Positions 60,752 through 64,000 of a stretch of 64,000 bases of DNA are shown here, piece by piece. The DNA is taken from assembly GCA_963696385.1 (NCBI GenBank), contig CAVOKF010000007.1, forward strand, positions 736,001 through 800,000. The letters run 5' to 3'. Position numbers and translations under genes: made by a program. Under the pieces are notes generated by a model that was not told the origin of the DNA, did not search any database, and saw only the letters and a program-made list of their open reading frames with translations. This DNA comes from an uncultured delta proteobacterium. Lineage in GTDB: Bacteria; Myxococcota_A; Polyangia; Polyangiales; Polyangiaceae. How positions within the stretch are numbered: position 1 is the first letter of the stretch; each line of letters opens with the position of its first letter.

Positions 60752-61987
60752 ATGACTCGCGACGCCACGCCGACCCCGTCGGCCCCCCGGTTTGCGGCCC
60801 CTAGGTTGGAGCCGCTCGACTCCATCCTCCCCTCGGAGCCGCTCTTGCTGATGGGTGCCGGCCCGGTGCCGATCCCCCACGCGGTCGCGCGAGCGAACGG
60901 CGTGGTCATCAATCACCTGGGCCAGACGATGGAGCACGTCATCCGCAACCTGAAGCGGATGGCGCAGTACGCATTTCAGACCCAAAGCGACAAGATCATG
61001 GGGGTTGCCGGCCCTGCGTCGGCCGCCATGGAAATGGCCGTCACCAACTTGCTCTGGCGCGGACGCCGGTGTCTGTGCCTGGACACGGGGACCTTCAGCC
61101 ACCGCCTGGGTGAAATGGCCGTCTGCGTCGGCGCCGACGTCACGTTCGTCGAACCGGAGATGGGCAAGCCCGTGACAGCCGACATGCTGCGCCGGGCCTT
61201 CGACCGCGGTCGATACGACGTCGTGACACTCGTCCAGGGCGAGACGTCCTGCGGAGTCCTCAACGCCGAGCTTCCCGAAATTGCCCGGGTGGCACGCGAT
61301 CACGGCGCGCTGTCGATCGTCGACGCCGTCGTGACGCTCAGCACGATGCCCCTCGAGACGGATCGTTGGGGTCTCGACGCGGTGGTGACCGGCGGGCAGA
61401 AGGGGCTGTCGTCCATCCCAGGCGTTTCCCTCATCGCATTCTCCGACGCGGCGTGGCGCACGATCGAGACGCGCCGCGAGCCGCCCACTCATTGGTGCCT
61501 CGACGCCATTCGGGCGGAGCGGTTCTGGGGCGCGCACCAGTATCATTACACCGCCCCGGTTCCGGGGATCTTGGCGCTCTACGAAGCCTTGCGGCTCGTC
61601 TGCGAAGAGGGGCTCGTCGCTCGGCACGAGCGGCACCGCGTGAGCTCCCAATCGCTGCAGACGGGACTCGAGGCCATGGGGCTATCGCTCTTCATCCCGC
61701 CGGAGCACCGGCTGAATTCGGTCATCGCCATTCGAGTGCCCGATGGGATCCGCGCCCCGGAGGTCCTGTCGTACATGTCCCGCAAATTCAGCGTCGAAAT
61801 TTCCGGATCGTTCGGGCTCGACATCGTGCGCATCGGGCAGATGGGCGAACAGTGCCGGTCGCACAATCTGTTCAAAGTCCTTTATGCCACCGGGATGAGC
61901 TTTCGGCATTTCGGCGTAGAGCTCGACGTCAGCACGGGATTGGCGGCGCTCGAACGCGCACTCACTCGAGAGCTCGAGTTCGAGTGA
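60752..61987 (+). CDS. Class V aminotransferase (alanine-glyoxylate / serine-pyruvate type)
   Basis: MGAGP, VQGETSCG, VDAV, GGQKGL (PLP Lys), YHYTAP, RIGQMG. Confidence 0.93.
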   Translation: MTRDATPTPSAPRFAAPRLEPLDSILPSEPLLLMGAGPVPIPHAVARANGVVINHLGQTMEHVIRNLKRMAQYAFQTQSDKIMGVAGPASAAMEMAVTNLLWRGRRCLCLDTGTFSHRLGEMAVCVGADVTFVEPEMGKPVTADMLRRAFDRGRYDVVTLVQGETSCGVLNAELPEIARVARDHGALSIVDAVVTLSTMPLETDRWGLDAVVTGGQKGLSSIPGVSLIAFSDAAWRTIETRREPPTHWCLDAIRAERFWGAHQYHYTAPVPGILALYEALRLVCEEGLVARHERHRVSSQSLQTGLEAMGLSLFIPPEHRLNSVIAIRVPDGIRAPEVLSYMSRKFSVEISGSFGLDIVRIGQMGEQCRSHNLFKVLYATGMSFRHFGVELDVSTGLAALERALTRELEFE

Positions 61988-62006
61988 GATCGAGGCGGCT
62001 CGCCGA

Positions 62007-62171
62007 CTACCGACGGCCTCGCAGCAGCTGACTCACGCCGAACGCCGCGACCAGGCCCCCGACCACCATGAGCGGAGTGGACGTGCTGGTGCCCGGCAGG
62101 GCGAAGCGTCCGGTGGCTCCGGCGACGACGCCCACCAGCCCGAACGCAACGTTCCACAGCCCGGCTCTCAC
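62007..62171 (-). CDS. Small two-TM membrane protein (54 aa)
   Basis: MRAGLWNVAFGLVGVVAGA..PLMVVGGLVAAFGVSQLLRGRR; TATGCT 8 nt before the GTG. Confidence 0.6.
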   Translation of the reverse strand: MRAGLWNVAFGLVGVVAGATGRFALPGTSTSTPLMVVGGLVAAFGVSQLLRGRR

Positions 62172-62295
62172 GGCCCGCGAGCATAGCGCGTCGGCGCCGC
62201 GGCGGCGCGCCGAACCCGACCCGAGCGTGTCGCCCCGGTCGGCTCGAAGCGACCCAGTCGGAGCCACCGCGGAGTCGCGCGTACAAGAGCGACGC

Positions 62296-62937
62296 TCAGA
62301 AGTCGACGCCGGTCGGAATCACCGCTGAGTCGTGCGTCGACAGCGGCAATTCACGCTGATAGGAAAATGTGTGAGCCCGCTTGGCGTGCTGCGAGTGACG
62401 GTCGCACCACCAATTGGCACCGTTGCTCGCGGCGCGCGCGCGCAGACAATCCGGACACGGCGGCTCGATGACGGGATCGTGCTTCTCGGGCGCGGGAGCG
62501 CGGGGGCTCGCGACCAACACCGGGCAGGGAGCGCTCGCAATGAGCCTTTCCGCGGTAGAGCCCAGGACCCAGTTTCGCAGATGAGGGCCCTTGCGCGAGC
62601 CGATGACGATGAGGTCCGCGCGCGCGTCGATCGCAAATTGGGCAAGCTCGTGCACGGGCTTGCCGGCGCGCAAGTGGATGCCCACGGTCATCCCTTTGAA
62701 TCCGCCGAGGGCCGCGGCCTTCTCGTTGACGTACAGGCGAAGGTGTCCCACCAGATCGCGCGAACGCTCGAGCGACGGCTCGGCATCGAAGACGTGCACG
62801 AGGTGCAAGGCACTCTTGGCCACCCGCTGGGCGATGCGGGCCGCCTGATCGAAGGCAGGACCATCGGCGTCGGTGAACTCGAGGCCGACCACCAAAGATA
62901 GCGGCGTTTGGGTCGTGGCGTTGGCTGTCGCGGTCAT
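62296..62937 (-). CDS. Universal stress protein with C-terminal CxxC..C..H zinc-finger-like domain
   Basis: GGAGG SD; LVVGLEF..LHLVHV..ADLIVIGS..LGSTAE..APCPVLV; PPCPDC..WCDRH. Confidence 0.9.
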   Translation of the reverse strand: MTATANATTQTPLSLVVGLEFTDADGPAFDQAARIAQRVAKSALHLVHVFDAEPSLERSRDLVGHLRLYVNEKAAALGGFKGMTVGIHLRAGKPVHELAQFAIDARADLIVIGSRKGPHLRNWVLGSTAERLIASAPCPVLVASPRAPAPEKHDPVIEPPCPDCLRARAASNGANWWCDRHSQHAKRAHTFSYQRELPLSTHDSAVIPTGVDF

Positions 62938-63104
62938 GACTGCCTCCGTTGTGGTCGCGAGAATCGATTCGCGCGTTGCAAACCGGTCCGCTATGGCCGC
63001 CGGAGTGTACCCCAATTTTTGCAGCCATGGAGGCGCAATCGTGACGAAGCGCCGGCGCGAGCATCCGGCCGAGCCCCGACACGGACGCGACGACCAACGC
63101 TCGC

Positions 63105-64000
63105 TCAAATCCAGCGCCGTTGCAGCAGGAAGGTCTTCACCGCCTGCGTCAAGAGCAGGTAGCAGAACAGCGTCAGTGCGAGAAACGGCCAGTAGAGCGC
63201 CGGCAGCGGAGTGAAGCCCAAGAGTCGCCCGAGCGGCAACGACGGAAGAGCGAGGGCGATCGCCATGACGACGGCGCTCGTCACCATGACGGCGCCCGAA
63301 GCCATGCTCTGCAAAAACGGGATCTTGTTGGTTCGGATGACGTGAATGATGAGCGTCTGCGTGAGGAGGCTCTCGACGAACCAGCCCGTTTGAAAGAGCC
63401 GCGCGCTGTGCCCCGCGGCTGCGGGTGTCGACGTATTCCAGCAGTGGAACACGTCGAGCATCAGGAAAAACGTCGTGTAGTCGAATATCGACGAGCAGGG
63501 GCCGATGAAGAGGATGAACCGCGTGAGCTCTTTGAAGTCCCACGGGCGGGGCCGTGCGATCTGTTCCGGGTCGACCGCGTCGGTCGGGACGCTCGTCTGA
63601 CCGATGTCGTACAGCAGATTGTTGGTCAAAATCTGAATCGGCAGCATGGGCAGGTACGGCAAAAATACGCTCGTGCCGAGGACACTGAACATGTTGCCGA
63701 AGTTGCTCGACGCGCCCATGCGCACGTATTTGACGATGTTGGCGAAGACCTTGCGCCCCTCCATCACACCCTCGTCCAAAACGAGCAGCGATTTTTCGAG
63801 CAGAATCATGTCGGCCGCCTCTTTGGCGATGTCGACCGCGGTATCGACGCTGATGCCCACGTCGGAAGCGTGGATCGCCGGCGCGTCGTTGATTCCGTCG
63901 CCCAAGAAGCCGACGGTGTGCTTGCGCGACTGAAGGGCCCTGATGATCCGCTGCTTGTGGCCGGGCGACACGCGAGCAAAGAGCGTCGTCTTCTCCGCCG
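63105..64000 (-). CDS. mgtA: Mg2+-translocating P-type ATPase, 5'-truncated by window edge
   Basis: GDGINDAP, SSNFGNMFS, NLLYD, FQTGWFVESLLTQTL..HVIRT. Confidence 0.95.
   Translation of the reverse strand, partial: AEKTTLFARVSPGHKQRIIRALQSRKHTVGFLGDGINDAPAIHASDVGISVDTAVDIAKEAADMILLEKSLLVLDEGVMEGRKVFANIVKYVRMGASSNFGNMFSVLGTSVFLPYLPMLPIQILTNNLLYDIGQTSVPTDAVDPEQIARPRPWDFKELTRFILFIGPCSSIFDYTTFFLMLDVFHCWNTSTPAAAGHSARLFQTGWFVESLLTQTLIIHVIRTNKIPFLQSMASGAVMVTSAVVMAIALALPSLPLGRLLGFTPLPALYWPFLALTLFCYLLLTQAVKTFLLQRRWI

Noticed and set aside
62961..62970. Palindrome GAATCGATTC upstream of the USP gene
   Set aside because: Single short palindrome with no second copy or regulator to support it

Overview
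High-GC chromosomal window whose gene content points to a myxobacterium, probably Polyangiaceae-like (inference from an MglA paralog, CarD/CdnL, pilC-pilS, TonB-fused receptors, many Cys-rich lipoproteins, a Ser/Thr kinase and an ECF/FecR cassette). It holds about 50 CDS. Housekeeping and metabolic genes: tyrS, ihfB, cdnL/carD, yjbQ, bcp, mlaC, dauA, egtD, mutT, yacG, fcl, a class V aminotransferase, a multicopper oxidase and a partial mgtA. I saw no rRNA, tRNA, CRISPR array, prophage or IS element. Most notable: (1) a translationally coupled ECF sigma / FecR-TPR / Cys-rich lipoprotein cassette headed by a Pro-rich outer-membrane-type protein instead of a TonB receptor; (2) a 1584-aa lipoprotein with symmetrical 10+10 eight-Cys repeats; (3) an ACC(C/T/G)CG hexamer microsatellite found both inside a receptor gene and directly after stop codons; (4) repeated TANNNT-N6-8-start signatures suggesting leaderless transcripts; (5) a pseudo-caspase-like fusion protein; (6) a PIN-PhoH gene frameshifted at a G-run; (7) an orphan, C-terminally extended MglA. 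All calls come from motif recognition by eye; no database searches were run.
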